64,000 nt of DNA from Candidatus Latescibacterota bacterium (GTDB taxonomy: Bacteria > Latescibacterota > UBA2968 > GCA-2709665). Position 1 is the stretch's first letter. Each line of letters begins with the position of its first letter. This document shows positions 9,604-19,646 of this stretch, one piece after another. The stretch lies in the NCBI GenBank assembly GCA_965219455.1, contig OZ244744.1, positions 1,760,001 to 1,824,000 of the forward strand, given 5' to 3'. The translations under genes and the position numbers were made by a program. The notes below the pieces were generated by a model. It saw nothing but the letters and a program-made list of their open reading frames with translations, made no database searches and had not been told where the DNA came from.

Positions 9604-10842
9604 ATGAAATTAACGCATGAAGAGAAGGCGATGCGGGCCGGAGAGATGGGGCAGGCCGCGGGGGAGGCCCTGGCGCAGCAAATGAAGGTTGGGGCGTTCT
9701 TTCGTGCGGCTGACTTCGTGCCGGTACGAACCGTGCACGTGATGGCCGATATCGAGGCGCTTGCGGATCCGGGGCTTCGTTTTCTGGAAGAAACAGCGGC
9801 GGGGGGCGGACGTTTCCGGGTCCCGGTCACCACCAATCCCAGGAGTGTGGATTTCTCGCTCTGGAGGGAGGTGGGACAGGAAGAGGAGGAGGTGATCAAA
9901 GAGCGCCGCATCGTGGATGCGTTGACGGCGATGGGCGCACTCCCGTGCAACACCTGCATCAATTATCAGACCGTGGACCCTCCCAGGTTCGGCGAACACC
10001 TGGGATGGGGCGATACGGGCACGGTGATCTTTGCGAACTCGGTTGCCGGCGCCAGGTCCAATTTCGAGGCGGGTCCCGCGGCCGTGTGGGCCGGGCTCAC
10101 CGGCCGGGTTCCGCGTTACGGGTTTCACCTGCCCGAACGGCGGCGCGGCACGTTACGCGTCGTGGTGGCCGATCAGCCCCGGACGAACAGCGATTGGGGG
10201 GCGCTTGGCTGCGTGGTGGGACGGCAGGTGGACGACTACTGGCGGGTTCCGGTATTCGAGGGCGTGAAGGATCCGCCGTCGATCGACGACCTGAAACACC
10301 TGGGGGCGGCACTGGCCAGCTACGGATCGCTGGCAATGTTCCATATGGTGGGCGTGACGCCGGAGGCGCGCACGTCCGACGAGGCCTATCAGGGTCGGAA
10401 GCCGGATGAGACGATTGTCGTATCGCCAGGGACGCTGCAAGCGGCGTACGATTCCTTCCAGCCGGAGAAGGAGGCCGTGGACCTGGTGGTGTGCGGCACG
10501 CCGCAGCTATCTCTGTTCGAGCTTGAGTCGATTGTGGATCTGCTGCGCGGAAGACGGGTGCACCCGGACACGACGCTGTACCTGGCCACCAACTATCAGA
10601 TCAAAACGCTGGCGGATCGAATGGGACACACGGAGACCGTGGAAAAGGCGGGCGGAAAGATCCTTACCGGTGTCTGCTTTTATATCATGAACGCCCGGGG
10701 GCTGCGGGAACGGTTTCAATATCGCACGCTGGTGACGAACTCGGCGAAACTGGCGAATATCATCTCGGGCTACGGATACAACCCGGTATTCCGACCGGTG
10801 GAAACGTGCGTGGATGCCGCGGTAACGGGAAAAGTCACGTGA
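9604..10842 (+). CDS. acnX: Aconitase X catalytic (large) subunit, DUF521
   Basis: NTCINY, NSVAGARSN, GAALASYGSLAMFHMVGVTPEA, TNSAK. Confidence 0.9.
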   Translation: MKLTHEEKAMRAGEMGQAAGEALAQQMKVGAFFRAADFVPVRTVHVMADIEALADPGLRFLEETAAGGGRFRVPVTTNPRSVDFSLWREVGQEEEEVIKERRIVDALTAMGALPCNTCINYQTVDPPRFGEHLGWGDTGTVIFANSVAGARSNFEAGPAAVWAGLTGRVPRYGFHLPERRRGTLRVVVADQPRTNSDWGALGCVVGRQVDDYWRVPVFEGVKDPPSIDDLKHLGAALASYGSLAMFHMVGVTPEARTSDEAYQGRKPDETIVVSPGTLQAAYDSFQPEKEAVDLVVCGTPQLSLFELESIVDLLRGRRVHPDTTLYLATNYQIKTLADRMGHTETVEKAGGKILTGVCFYIMNARGLRERFQYRTLVTNSAKLANIISGYGYNPVFRPVETCVDAAVTGKVT

Positions 10843-10901
10843 ACGACTGACTCGATGGGGTTTCCCGCTCGTCGGACCTCCACGGAAAGTCGAGAGCGTT
10901 T

Positions 10902-11333
10902 ATGATGACCGATACTATTGTACTGCACGGGCATCCGGGCGTCGGGCCAGACGCTGAAGGCGTTGCGCTGGTATGCAACGAAGGCTTCAGCGCCCGGTAC
11001 GATTATGACAGGTACAGGGGAGTCATCAGCCGGGAGACCCACCCGCTCTTCGGGCAGTCGATCGCTGGAAAAATCGTCGTGTTTCGCACGTCCAAGGGCG
11101 GCGTGGCCACGTCCTGGATGATGCTGGACATGGTGGCGCGGGGCACCTGCCCGGCGGGATTCATATTCGGACGCACCAACCCGGTAATGGTACAGGGCGC
11201 GGTGCTGGCTGACGTGGCGTTGATGCACGAACTGGAACCCGATCCACTCGCGACCGTCCAGACCGGAGATACCGTCCGCATGCGCCCGTCGGAAGGTGTG
11301 GTGGAGGTCGTGAGAAAATTTCAGTGTCGCTGA
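10902..11333 (+). CDS. Aconitase X swivel (small) subunit, DUF126
   Basis: HPLFGQSIAGKIVVF..SKG, P..VQGAVLAD; adjacent to the large subunit. Confidence 0.88.
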   Translation: MMTDTIVLHGHPGVGPDAEGVALVCNEGFSARYDYDRYRGVISRETHPLFGQSIAGKIVVFRTSKGGVATSWMMLDMVARGTCPAGFIFGRTNPVMVQGAVLADVALMHELEPDPLATVQTGDTVRMRPSEGVVEVVRKFQCR

Positions 11334-11386
11334 GCACGGCGAAGCTGCGGCAGGCGAGGATCGGTACAATTGAGGTACCGCAAATT

Positions 11387-12058
11387 ATGAAACAGGAAAT
11401 ACGGTTGGGGCAGGTGATCATCCTGAACGGCGCTCCGCGATCTGGAAAATCAAGCATAGCCACAGCGATCCAGGAAGCTTCGGATGAGTTGTGGGTGAAC
11501 CTGGGCGCAGATTGGTATATACGCATAACACCCGAACGGTACCGGCCAGGGGTGGGGCTTCGTCCGGCGGGGATTGAGAAAATGGAAGAAAAACCTTTTG
11601 TACAAAGGAATAAAATAGAACGTATCGTGCCTTTAATGTATGCAGCGATGTATGAGTCGATTGCGGCGCACAGTCGTTTGGGTTTGAACGTTGTTACCGA
11701 CGTCGGCCATCATGACGACTACGGAAGTCCTCAAGGAATCCTGTACGACTGTGCGCGCCGTATGGAAGGTTTGCCCGTCCTGTTCGTCGGCGTGCGCTGC
11801 CCTGTTGATATCGTGTGGGAGCGGCGGCGTAGCACGTGGCTCAAGGAGCAGGAAATTCCGGATGGCACGCCCCCGCCTTATCGGGTGCATCGATGGAATC
11901 GCGAGGTGCACAACCCCGGGATATACGACCTCGAAGTCGATACCTCAACGATGAGTCCGGAGGAATGCGGCCGGGTAATACTGAGACACCTGGAACATGG
12001 CCCCCAACCCACAGCCCTCAAAAGGCTGGCTGCAATGTCTGCACGGGACCGGAAATAG
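11387..12058 (+). CDS. Chloramphenicol phosphotransferase-like P-loop kinase
   Basis: ILNGAPRSGKSS, FVGVRCP, YDLEVDTS. Confidence 0.85.
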   Translation: MKQEIRLGQVIILNGAPRSGKSSIATAIQEASDELWVNLGADWYIRITPERYRPGVGLRPAGIEKMEEKPFVQRNKIERIVPLMYAAMYESIAAHSRLGLNVVTDVGHHDDYGSPQGILYDCARRMEGLPVLFVGVRCPVDIVWERRRSTWLKEQEIPDGTPPPYRVHRWNREVHNPGIYDLEVDTSTMSPEECGRVILRHLEHGPQPTALKRLAAMSARDRK

Positions 12059-12128
12059 CAACAATTCCGAAGACGACTCGTTGTTGACACATCCGCCTTC
12101 ACGTCGCCTGCCAACGGCCACAAATAAA

Positions 12129-12170
12129 GGACGCTCCCAAGACATAATACCGGGAGCGTCCAGACCCTAC
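12129..12170 (-). repeat. GTAG-tagged inverted repeat between convergent genes (REP-like or terminator)
   Basis: GGACGCTCCC-13 nt-GGGAGCGTCC, preceded on the minus strand by GTAGGGTCT. Confidence 0.55.
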
Positions 12171-12240
12171 CCCGCTAATGGCTAAACTCCTGCGTCACGC
12201 CACGTCAATTATTGGTAAATCGCCGCCTGACGACCCTCCG

Positions 12241-13563
12241 TCATTCTGCCTTAGTCAATCCCATCACCCACGTCAACTGATCTTCCATGGATGCCTTGAA
12301 ATCGCTACTCAGTCCGGTTTTTTCGTAGCGGATGTACCCTTCTCGATCTACGATACACGTATACGGTATTTTGTCGAATCCGAATTGTCGCTGTACTTCC
12401 TCATTGCCCATCAGATAGGTCAGGCCAGGCGCCAACCGCGCCTTTGTGTCAGAAATGAGGTCCTTGCGCTTACCCTCGTCCTGCGTATCCAGGTTGACGG
12501 CCAGGAACTCTATTGACTTCTGACCAAAAGTACGCTTCAAAAACTCGAGTTGGGGCAGTTCGTCAAGGCATGGTCCGCACCAGTTCGCCCAGAAATTGAG
12601 CACCACGACCTTCCCGTTTAACGCATCCAAACTCACCGATTCATCATTCAAGGTCTTCAAAGTGAACATCGGTGCCAGTCGCCTCACGCGCCTTTCAACC
12701 AGTCGGGCCTTTCGCGATTCTTCAATCTCGGCCTTCAAATCGGCGTATGCGTAAATAATCCCTTCCGCAGAGCCGAACTTCCCGACATATGCCGTGCCCC
12801 AGAGTCCATAAGCGTCTTTACGGATTACCGAATTCTTCAAGAGTTGGCATCCAAGTTCGTAGGCAGGGTCAAATCGCTCCTGCTCAATGTATAGCCTCAG
12901 CAGATCCAGCCGAATCCCGTCAACGGTTTTCTGGTGGGTTGCCTGATCCGGGAAGGCCGTCACCGGCATCGCCTCCGCCTGCTGCAAGCTGCGCCGGATT
13001 ACCTTCAATGCCTCCTCCGGCTGATTCGCCAACTGAAAAGCCCGGCTCAACAGTCCACGTCTTTCGATAATCCCTCGCTGGTAGGAATCACCGGCATTGG
13101 CCTGTATGCTCTCCGCGATTGCCAGTGACTTCTGTGCGAAAATGAGGGTTCGACGGGGAAAAATCTTCTTGTCAATAAAGGTCTTCACTATCTGTCTGTA
13201 TAAGCCGTTTCGATTCGGCTGTAACGCAATGGCTTCCTCAGCCAAACGAAGGAGGAACCGAGGATCATCGACTACCATGCTGTAGTGATAAAACAACCTT
13301 TCCAGCGCATCTACCTTCAAATTCGTCTGCGGATACTCTGCGCGGAATTCTTCAAGGGCCAAGATCCCATCCCAGCGCTCTTCTGTTTCTTTTGCGAGAG
13401 CAAGCTTCATTACCGCCTGTGAAAAGCGCCTTTGTTCCTCGAAGGAATGTGTCGGCGGGCTGGCATAAACAGCCGAAACCAGAAAATTCGCAATCAACAT
13501 CAAATTAACGATATCCTTGAATTGACTATTTCTATACTTCATTTCTGCCGTGGATTTCAACAT
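12241..13563 (-). CDS. Exported TPR-like protein with C-terminal TlpA/ResA thioredoxin domain
   Basis: Signal-like N-terminus, helical repeats, VVVLNFWANWCGPCLDELP. Confidence 0.88.
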   Translation of the reverse strand: MLKSTAEMKYRNSQFKDIVNLMLIANFLVSAVYASPPTHSFEEQRRFSQAVMKLALAKETEERWDGILALEEFRAEYPQTNLKVDALERLFYHYSMVVDDPRFLLRLAEEAIALQPNRNGLYRQIVKTFIDKKIFPRRTLIFAQKSLAIAESIQANAGDSYQRGIIERRGLLSRAFQLANQPEEALKVIRRSLQQAEAMPVTAFPDQATHQKTVDGIRLDLLRLYIEQERFDPAYELGCQLLKNSVIRKDAYGLWGTAYVGKFGSAEGIIYAYADLKAEIEESRKARLVERRVRRLAPMFTLKTLNDESVSLDALNGKVVVLNFWANWCGPCLDELPQLEFLKRTFGQKSIEFLAVNLDTQDEGKRKDLISDTKARLAPGLTYLMGNEEVQRQFGFDKIPYTCIVDREGYIRYEKTGLSSDFKASMEDQLTWVMGLTKAE

Positions 13564-13575
13564 TCGGGCCTCCCA

Positions 13576-14952
13576 TTATCGTCTGTCCGCCCAGAAAAGA
13601 CTTAAAAGCCTCCGCTCGGAATGCGCTCGAGACCGGTTTATAGTGAGATCAACAAAATAAACGCCGTCCGACAGTGGCCGTTTTTCGAGTAGAAATGTAT
13701 GACTTCCCACGCTTTGGATGTCGTCTACAAGCAATGCAGCCAGCATTCCAGACATATTGTAGACTTTGAGCCCAACGTGCACGGAGTCCTTAAAGGTGGA
13801 GTCGGGAATTGTGTAGGTAATCGTTACCACGGAATCCGCCGGCGAATGGGACAGAGTCAACGCAGGTCTGGGTGGATTGTCCGTCGATGCTCCGACTGCT
13901 TGCGTGGTTTGGCTGGCGTCGGTACTCTTGACCAGCCCATTTGCGTTTCCCTTCTTTGCGCTTTGCTGAAGGGCAGCTTCCGCCTGCTTGGGGCGATTGA
14001 CGGGGTTGGACACGTCGTCTATTTCAATTTCGATTGTCATCGGCGCGGGGCTCGCCCCAGGCTTCGATACGTTATTCGCGTTGTCTTCCCACTGGACAAT
14101 GGCGACGAATCCGGAATAGTAGATCCCCGTTCCCACAACCGACGCCGTCAGAATACCTCCAGATCTCCAGTATGGACTTCGGCCAAAGAACCGCTTTACA
14201 CTCGCCCATATCGAATCCGGAGTCAACAGGAGCATCGGCGGCAGTGCAGCCATTACTTTTCGCGTCAGTTCAGACGTCGGTTGCTGCTCCTTCAATGTCT
14301 CCTCGACAATCGGCAACAGCTCTTCCCGAAGCTGATCGCGACCCACCTGGAGCCGGCCGAGCACGGTGCTTTCAGGGACCTCCAGCATCTCGGCGATTTC
14401 CCTGTATTTCAACCCCTCCATGTAGTGGAGGAGCACGACTTCACGATACCTCTCCGGAAGCCGTTCGACGGCCCGAAGCACGTAGTTTCGCATCTCTTCC
14501 GTTTCGTATTCGCTGTCCGGCGCCGTCGGCAAGCGAACGAATGACGCCGGCAGGACTTCGCTATGAAGCGCCGCTTCGTTCGAATTGTCCAAATCATCAA
14601 TCGGTACGTTCCGCGTGCGTTTCCGAATCCAATCATTGGAAAGATTCATCGCGATACCCCGGACCCACGCCCGAAATCTGGCCGGGTCCTTCAACGATTT
14701 CAGATGCCGAAATGCCTCAACGAAGGTTTCCTGGACGATGTCTTCCGCGGAGGCGAAATCTCCCGTCTTTCCCACCACCAGGGCGTAGACCGTCCCCTTG
14801 TGCCGCTCAACGAGCGGTTCAAATGCGTCTTTATTGCCCGACAGGACTTGCTGGACAAGTATACCGTCTGTTCCGATCATAAGTTCCCCGCTTTGAGGGA
14901 TAGGCCCGGGTTCATTGCCAGAGTCTCCCGTATCAGTTCCGGCTCCTACCAT
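13576..14952 (-). CDS. ECF sigma-70 factor with long C-terminal extension (TM segment plus FlgD-Ig/secretion-CTD-like domain); start uncertain
   Basis: AEDIVQETF..AF (region 2), LPERYREVVLLHYMEGLKYREIAE (region 4), then a hydrophobic segment and ITYTIP...VGLKVYNMSG...LSDGVYFV. Confidence 0.88.
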   Translation of the reverse strand: MVGAGTDTGDSGNEPGPIPQSGELMIGTDGILVQQVLSGNKDAFEPLVERHKGTVYALVVGKTGDFASAEDIVQETFVEAFRHLKSLKDPARFRAWVRGIAMNLSNDWIRKRTRNVPIDDLDNSNEAALHSEVLPASFVRLPTAPDSEYETEEMRNYVLRAVERLPERYREVVLLHYMEGLKYREIAEMLEVPESTVLGRLQVGRDQLREELLPIVEETLKEQQPTSELTRKVMAALPPMLLLTPDSIWASVKRFFGRSPYWRSGGILTASVVGTGIYYSGFVAIVQWEDNANNVSKPGASPAPMTIEIEIDDVSNPVNRPKQAEAALQQSAKKGNANGLVKSTDASQTTQAVGASTDNPPRPALTLSHSPADSVVTITYTIPDSTFKDSVHVGLKVYNMSGMLAALLVDDIQSVGSHTFLLEKRPLSDGVYFVDLTINRSRAHSERRLLSLFWADRR

Positions 14953-15372
14953 AATAGTGGGGCCGGAGGCCGAATCCTAAAAAAATACCCCTCATAATCC
15001 GCTTTGCACCCGAGATTCCGCATTCTGCCCTGCAAAATAGCAGGTTGGAGAAACCTGGTATCATCGTGGCCGATTGCAGTTATTGCACCGGAGTTGGCGC
15101 TTCTTCCATCGTTAAGTCGCGATGCAATGGGACTGGAGTTTTTTCTGCGCCGAATCTGCAATCGAGTGATGAGACGGTGCCATAGCGTCGATCTCCACCG
15201 AATCGTCGGGCGCTCCGCAAAGGACGCTTGCAGCGCCGGACGTGGAAACGGCGCTCTTTTGCGCTTGACATCCAACGAACGATGCTTACATAATGACACG
15301 CGGGCACCTGCTCGTGTCGGTAACCGGCGCCAAGCCGCATTCACAACGCAGTCTATTCACAGTCGGAATCGG

Positions 15373-16245
15373 GTGGGGTATTCCAATCGAAGGGTCGATT
15401 CCCGGAACATTGGGGATATCCGCGTAACCGCGCTGGATGCCGGGCGGTTCAGCCTCGACGGGGGCACGATGTTCGGCGTGGTCCCCCGGGCGATCTGGGA
15501 AAAGAAGATTCCGCCCGACGAGAGAAACCGGATCCAACTCGGCCTGAACTGCCTGCTGGTGGAAACGCGAACGGAGACGGTGCTGGTGGAAACCGGCATC
15601 GGCGCCTCAAAACTGCCCCCGAAGTACAGGGACATATACGGGGTGGACCCGTCCCGGGGCGTGATCGAAGCGCTGGCTGAAGCGGGCGTGGCGCCTGAGG
15701 CGGTGGACCGGGTGGTACTCACCCACCTGCACATGGACCACGCGGGCGGGACGACGGTTCGGACGGAGGACGGGTTCGAACCGGCGTTCCCCAACGCCAG
15801 GTACACGGTGCAGCGACAGGAGTGGGAAGACGCCCTGGGCGCCGACCGGCAGACGGTTCGAGGCTATAACGCCGCGTCGGACCTGATGCCCCTGGAGCAC
15901 ACCGGCGTTCTGGAGTTTGTCGAGGGAGACGTGGAAGTCTGTCCAGGGGTGCGTGTTTTTCTCACGCCCGGGCACACCCGCGCGCATCAGTCCGTCCTGG
16001 TGCGGTCGGACGGCGAAACCATCTGTTTCGTTGGAGACCTGGTACCCACCAGACATCACGTGCACCCGGTCACCATTATGGCGTTCGACCTGTATCCGAG
16101 GAAGACATTCAAGGTGCGGCAACAGGTGTTGAAACGGGCGGCCGGGGAAGGCTGGCTGATGGCTTGGCCGCACGATCCGGAGCAGTACTGGGGATATATC
16201 AGGATTGACGACAGGGGTGAGTTCACACCCGTGGAGGAACAATGA
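15373..16245 (+). CDS. MBL-fold metallo-hydrolase (YtnP-like); start uncertain
   Basis: LDGGTMFGVVP..IW, THLHMDHAGG, TPGHT. Confidence 0.9.
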   Translation: MGYSNRRVDSRNIGDIRVTALDAGRFSLDGGTMFGVVPRAIWEKKIPPDERNRIQLGLNCLLVETRTETVLVETGIGASKLPPKYRDIYGVDPSRGVIEALAEAGVAPEAVDRVVLTHLHMDHAGGTTVRTEDGFEPAFPNARYTVQRQEWEDALGADRQTVRGYNAASDLMPLEHTGVLEFVEGDVEVCPGVRVFLTPGHTRAHQSVLVRSDGETICFVGDLVPTRHHVHPVTIMAFDLYPRKTFKVRQQVLKRAAGEGWLMAWPHDPEQYWGYIRIDDRGEFTPVEEQ

Positions 16246-16246
16246 G

Positions 16247-17209
16247 ATGGCTGTGAAAATGGTGTTCTGGCCGGCCTTCAAGCCGGATTGGATGGCTCGG
16301 GTGAGAGACCTGGGCGTAGAGGCATGCGAAGCCGAGTCCGAGGCGGCGGCGTTGGATCTGATTGTGGACGCGGACGCGTTTTACGGGCGCATGACGCCGG
16401 CGCTGCTGGCAGCGGCAGGGAAGCTGCGATGGGTGCAGGCGACGAGCGCCGGACTGGACGGTTATTTCTTCCCTGAGTTGAGGGAGAGCGAAGTTATCGT
16501 AACCAACCTGCGCGGGATTTACAGCGACGTCATTGCCGAGCACGTGTTTGCGCTGCTGCTTTCCCTGGCCAGGGGCATTCCGGTTTATTTCCGCAGTCAA
16601 CTGGAAGGGCGGTGGGAGAAACGAGTCGCGCCGGTGATCCACGTGGCAGGTACCACGCTGGGTGTGCTGGGTCTGGGCGGCATCGGACTCGCGGTTGCCG
16701 AACGGGGTCACGCATTCGGAATGCGCGTGCTGGCATTGGACCCGGCCCCGAAGGGACGTCCCGACTACGTGGAACGGATATACGGGGTGGATGAATTGCA
16801 CGCGATGCTGGGAGAAGTGGATTTCTTCGTGATCTGTGTGCCGCATACCGGTCAGACCGACCGGCTGATCGACGCCGCGGCATTGAAGGCGATGAAGCAG
16901 AGCGCCATATTCATCAACATCGGGCGGGGTAAGGTGGTGGACCTCGCCGCGCTGACGCGGGCGCTCCAGCAGGGCGAACTGGCGGGCGCGGGGCTGGATG
17001 TCTTTGAAGAAGAGCCGTTGCCGGAGGGACACCCGCTCTGGGCGATGGAGAATGTGATGATAACACCTCACGTCGGTGCGGAATCGGACCGGATCGAGGA
17101 TCGTCGGCTCGGTCTGATCCTGGAAAACGTACGGCGGTTCCGGGACGGGTCGCCGCTTTTGAACGTCGTGGACAACAAGGAAGGGTACGTAGTTTCACTG
17201 AATGCGTGA
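16247..17209 (+). CDS. D-2-hydroxyacid dehydrogenase family protein
   Basis: GVLGLGGIG, INIGRG, GLDVFEEEPLP, TPHVG. Confidence 0.93.
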   Translation: MAVKMVFWPAFKPDWMARVRDLGVEACEAESEAAALDLIVDADAFYGRMTPALLAAAGKLRWVQATSAGLDGYFFPELRESEVIVTNLRGIYSDVIAEHVFALLLSLARGIPVYFRSQLEGRWEKRVAPVIHVAGTTLGVLGLGGIGLAVAERGHAFGMRVLALDPAPKGRPDYVERIYGVDELHAMLGEVDFFVICVPHTGQTDRLIDAAALKAMKQSAIFINIGRGKVVDLAALTRALQQGELAGAGLDVFEEEPLPEGHPLWAMENVMITPHVGAESDRIEDRRLGLILENVRRFRDGSPLLNVVDNKEGYVVSLNA

Positions 17210-17320
17210 GCGCGCCGGACCGGACGTGGCCGTTCGTCCGCGTGACTTCCACTATCCGGAAGCAAACAATGCCCGTCTGAATCCGGTTTGTCGACGGGCG
17301 CGCTGAAAAGGAGGCTGGCG

Positions 17321-18379
17321 ATGTTCGGTAGCGAAATGGAACCGTTGGGACAGACCTGGATCGAGATTTCGGGCGAAGCATGCGGCGCACGGGCAGATGA
17401 ACGGGGGCCCATCGGCGGGGGCGAAGGATATAAATGTGCGGTATCGTCACCCGTGAACGCGGTGTCCACGCTCGACCAACTGCTGGAAGCGCTGGCGCAG
17501 GCCAGACCGGGGGACGTGGTATACGTGGCCGGCGAGGCGGAAATCGACTGCACCGAACGGGTGTATGTCGAATTTCTCGTGCTGGAGATTCCGGAGGGGG
17601 TCACCCTGGCCGGTAACCGGGGCACGGACGGGTCCGCGGGTGGGATGATATTGTGCGATACATTCGATACAAGACCCCTGATCCGGGCGACCGGGCCGGA
17701 CGTCCGGGTTACGGGATTGCGCATAAAGGGCCCCAATCCCAAGCGGTGCCTGGAACACCACAACCGTTCGTTCCGCGAGGGCAGGGGACACGAGTATTAC
17801 TATAAATTCCCGACGTCCGACGGGCTCGTGACCGGATGCGCGAGACTCGAAGTGGACAATTGTGAACTGGGGGGCTGGAGCCACGCGGCGGTCTACCTCC
17901 AGGCCGGAGACGGTCATCACATCCACCATAATTTCATCCATCACAATCAATATAACGGACTGGGTTACGGGGTGAGCCACGACGAGGCGTTTTCGCTGAT
18001 CGAGTACAACCGGTTCGACTACAACCGCCACTCGCTGGCGGGAACCGGGAGGGCGGGCAGCGGATACGAAGCGCGGCACAACGTGGAAATCGGCGAATCG
18101 CTGAGCCATTGTTTCGACATGCACGGCGGAAGGGACCGAAAAGACGGAACCGAAGTGGCCGGTACGTGGATGAAGGTGCATCACAATACGTTCCGCTGCC
18201 CGAAGACGGCTGTCGTGGTGCGAGGCGTGCCCGAAGAGGGCGTTGACATCCACCACAACTGGCTGTACCAGCAACCGGACGAGCTCTCGGTACGGTCCGA
18301 CGGAAGGACGCGGATCCGAAACAACGCTTATGGGCCGAGCGATCCGGTGCTGGTGGCAAATGCCCAGGCGGGACCGTAG
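17321..18379 (+). CDS. Right-handed beta-helix (pectate-lyase-like) protein without signal peptide
   Basis: RBS AGGAGG; HIHHNFIHHN and IEYN.F repeats; homologous to 59851-60978 and 61066-62193. Confidence 0.8.
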   Translation: MFGSEMEPLGQTWIEISGEACGARADERGPIGGGEGYKCAVSSPVNAVSTLDQLLEALAQARPGDVVYVAGEAEIDCTERVYVEFLVLEIPEGVTLAGNRGTDGSAGGMILCDTFDTRPLIRATGPDVRVTGLRIKGPNPKRCLEHHNRSFREGRGHEYYYKFPTSDGLVTGCARLEVDNCELGGWSHAAVYLQAGDGHHIHHNFIHHNQYNGLGYGVSHDEAFSLIEYNRFDYNRHSLAGTGRAGSGYEARHNVEIGESLSHCFDMHGGRDRKDGTEVAGTWMKVHHNTFRCPKTAVVVRGVPEEGVDIHHNWLYQQPDELSVRSDGRTRIRNNAYGPSDPVLVANAQAGP

Positions 18380-18506
18380 CGATTTCGGGCGGCCCTTCGC
18401 CCGCCTCGAACACCCACCACCCGGTGTGCCTGTCCCAACACTCGGCCCTTCCCTGGGCTTGACGCCGACGGCTCCCGGGTGGCGGTTTATTTTCTGGAGA
18501 AATGGC

Positions 18507-19520
18507 ATGTCGCCGTTGGTTCGTTTTGCATTCGCGTTCACGCTTCCGGTCCTGCTGGTGCTGGGCGGCACGGCGGGGTATGCATGGATTGAGAAATGGA
18601 CGGTGTGGGAAAGCCTGTACATGACCGTGATTACCGTATCGACCGTCGGCTATGGCGAGGTCCATCCGTTGTCGCCGACGGGTCAGCGGTTCACGATCCT
18701 GCTTCTTACGTTCAGTGTGATCGCCGTCGGATATTCGATGACAACATTAATCGGGTTCGTCTTCGAGGGTCAGATTCTCCACGCGATGCGAGGGCGCAGA
18801 ATGACACGTTCCGTTTCAAAGCTGAAGGATCATTATATCATATGCGGAGGCGGGGTGGTCGGCAAAGAGGTGGCGCAGGAACTGAAGCATGCGGGAATGC
18901 ACTTCGTAATCGTGGATAAGGATCCCGAACATTCTGAGTTGGGCCGTGACGAAACGGTATTGTTCGTGGAGGGTCACGCGGAGGACGACGAGGTGCTGGT
19001 CGAGGCGGGCATCGATAGGGCCAAAGGGTTGATCGCGGTACTGAGGGAGGATGCCCTGAATGTCTTCGTGGTGCTTTCCGCGCGCCAGGCGAATCCGAAC
19101 TTGAAGATTGTGGCGCGCGCGGCGGAGGAGCAGAGCATTGGCAAACTGATGACGGCTGGCGCCGACCGGGTGATGTCACCCTACCAATTGGCGGGGAGAC
19201 GGATTGCGTCGGTGATTCTGCGGCCGTCAATCGTGGATTTTCTCGACGTCGTCGTGGGCACGGGGGAGGCGGCAATGCGGCTGGAGGAGTTCCACGTGGG
19301 CGAGGGGTCGCCGCTGGTGGAAAAGCAATTGAAGGAAACGGATATCGGGCAGCGGACAGGAGCGATTGTCGTGGGCATCCAGGGGCATGACGGAAAGCCC
19401 AGGATCCACCCGGCCGCATCGGCGGGGTTGTCGGGTGTTACGATTCACCGGGGCGACGTGCTGATCGTGCTGGGAACCGACGGGCAGCTGAACCGGTTGA
19501 AGGCCATGGCGGAGTCATAG
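18507..19520 (+). CDS. Potassium channel with RCK (TrkA-N/TrkA-C) domains
   Basis: TVSTVGYGE selectivity filter, two TM helices, HYIICGGGVVG. Confidence 0.93.
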   Translation: MSPLVRFAFAFTLPVLLVLGGTAGYAWIEKWTVWESLYMTVITVSTVGYGEVHPLSPTGQRFTILLLTFSVIAVGYSMTTLIGFVFEGQILHAMRGRRMTRSVSKLKDHYIICGGGVVGKEVAQELKHAGMHFVIVDKDPEHSELGRDETVLFVEGHAEDDEVLVEAGIDRAKGLIAVLREDALNVFVVLSARQANPNLKIVARAAEEQSIGKLMTAGADRVMSPYQLAGRRIASVILRPSIVDFLDVVVGTGEAAMRLEEFHVGEGSPLVEKQLKETDIGQRTGAIVVGIQGHDGKPRIHPAASAGLSGVTIHRGDVLIVLGTDGQLNRLKAMAES

Positions 19521-19646
19521 ACGATGTTTCAGCGAAACGGAACCGTGGATGGCTGTGGAAACGCGTTCCGGATCTGCTCAACAGACAAAAAGGATCCCGG
19601 CGAATAACAGGCCGGGCGAACCATTCTCAATTGAAGGAGATGTATC

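Noticed and set aside
11387-12058. Chloramphenicol resistance gene
   Set aside because: Only family-level similarity; CPT-like kinases are widespread and mostly have unknown substrates.
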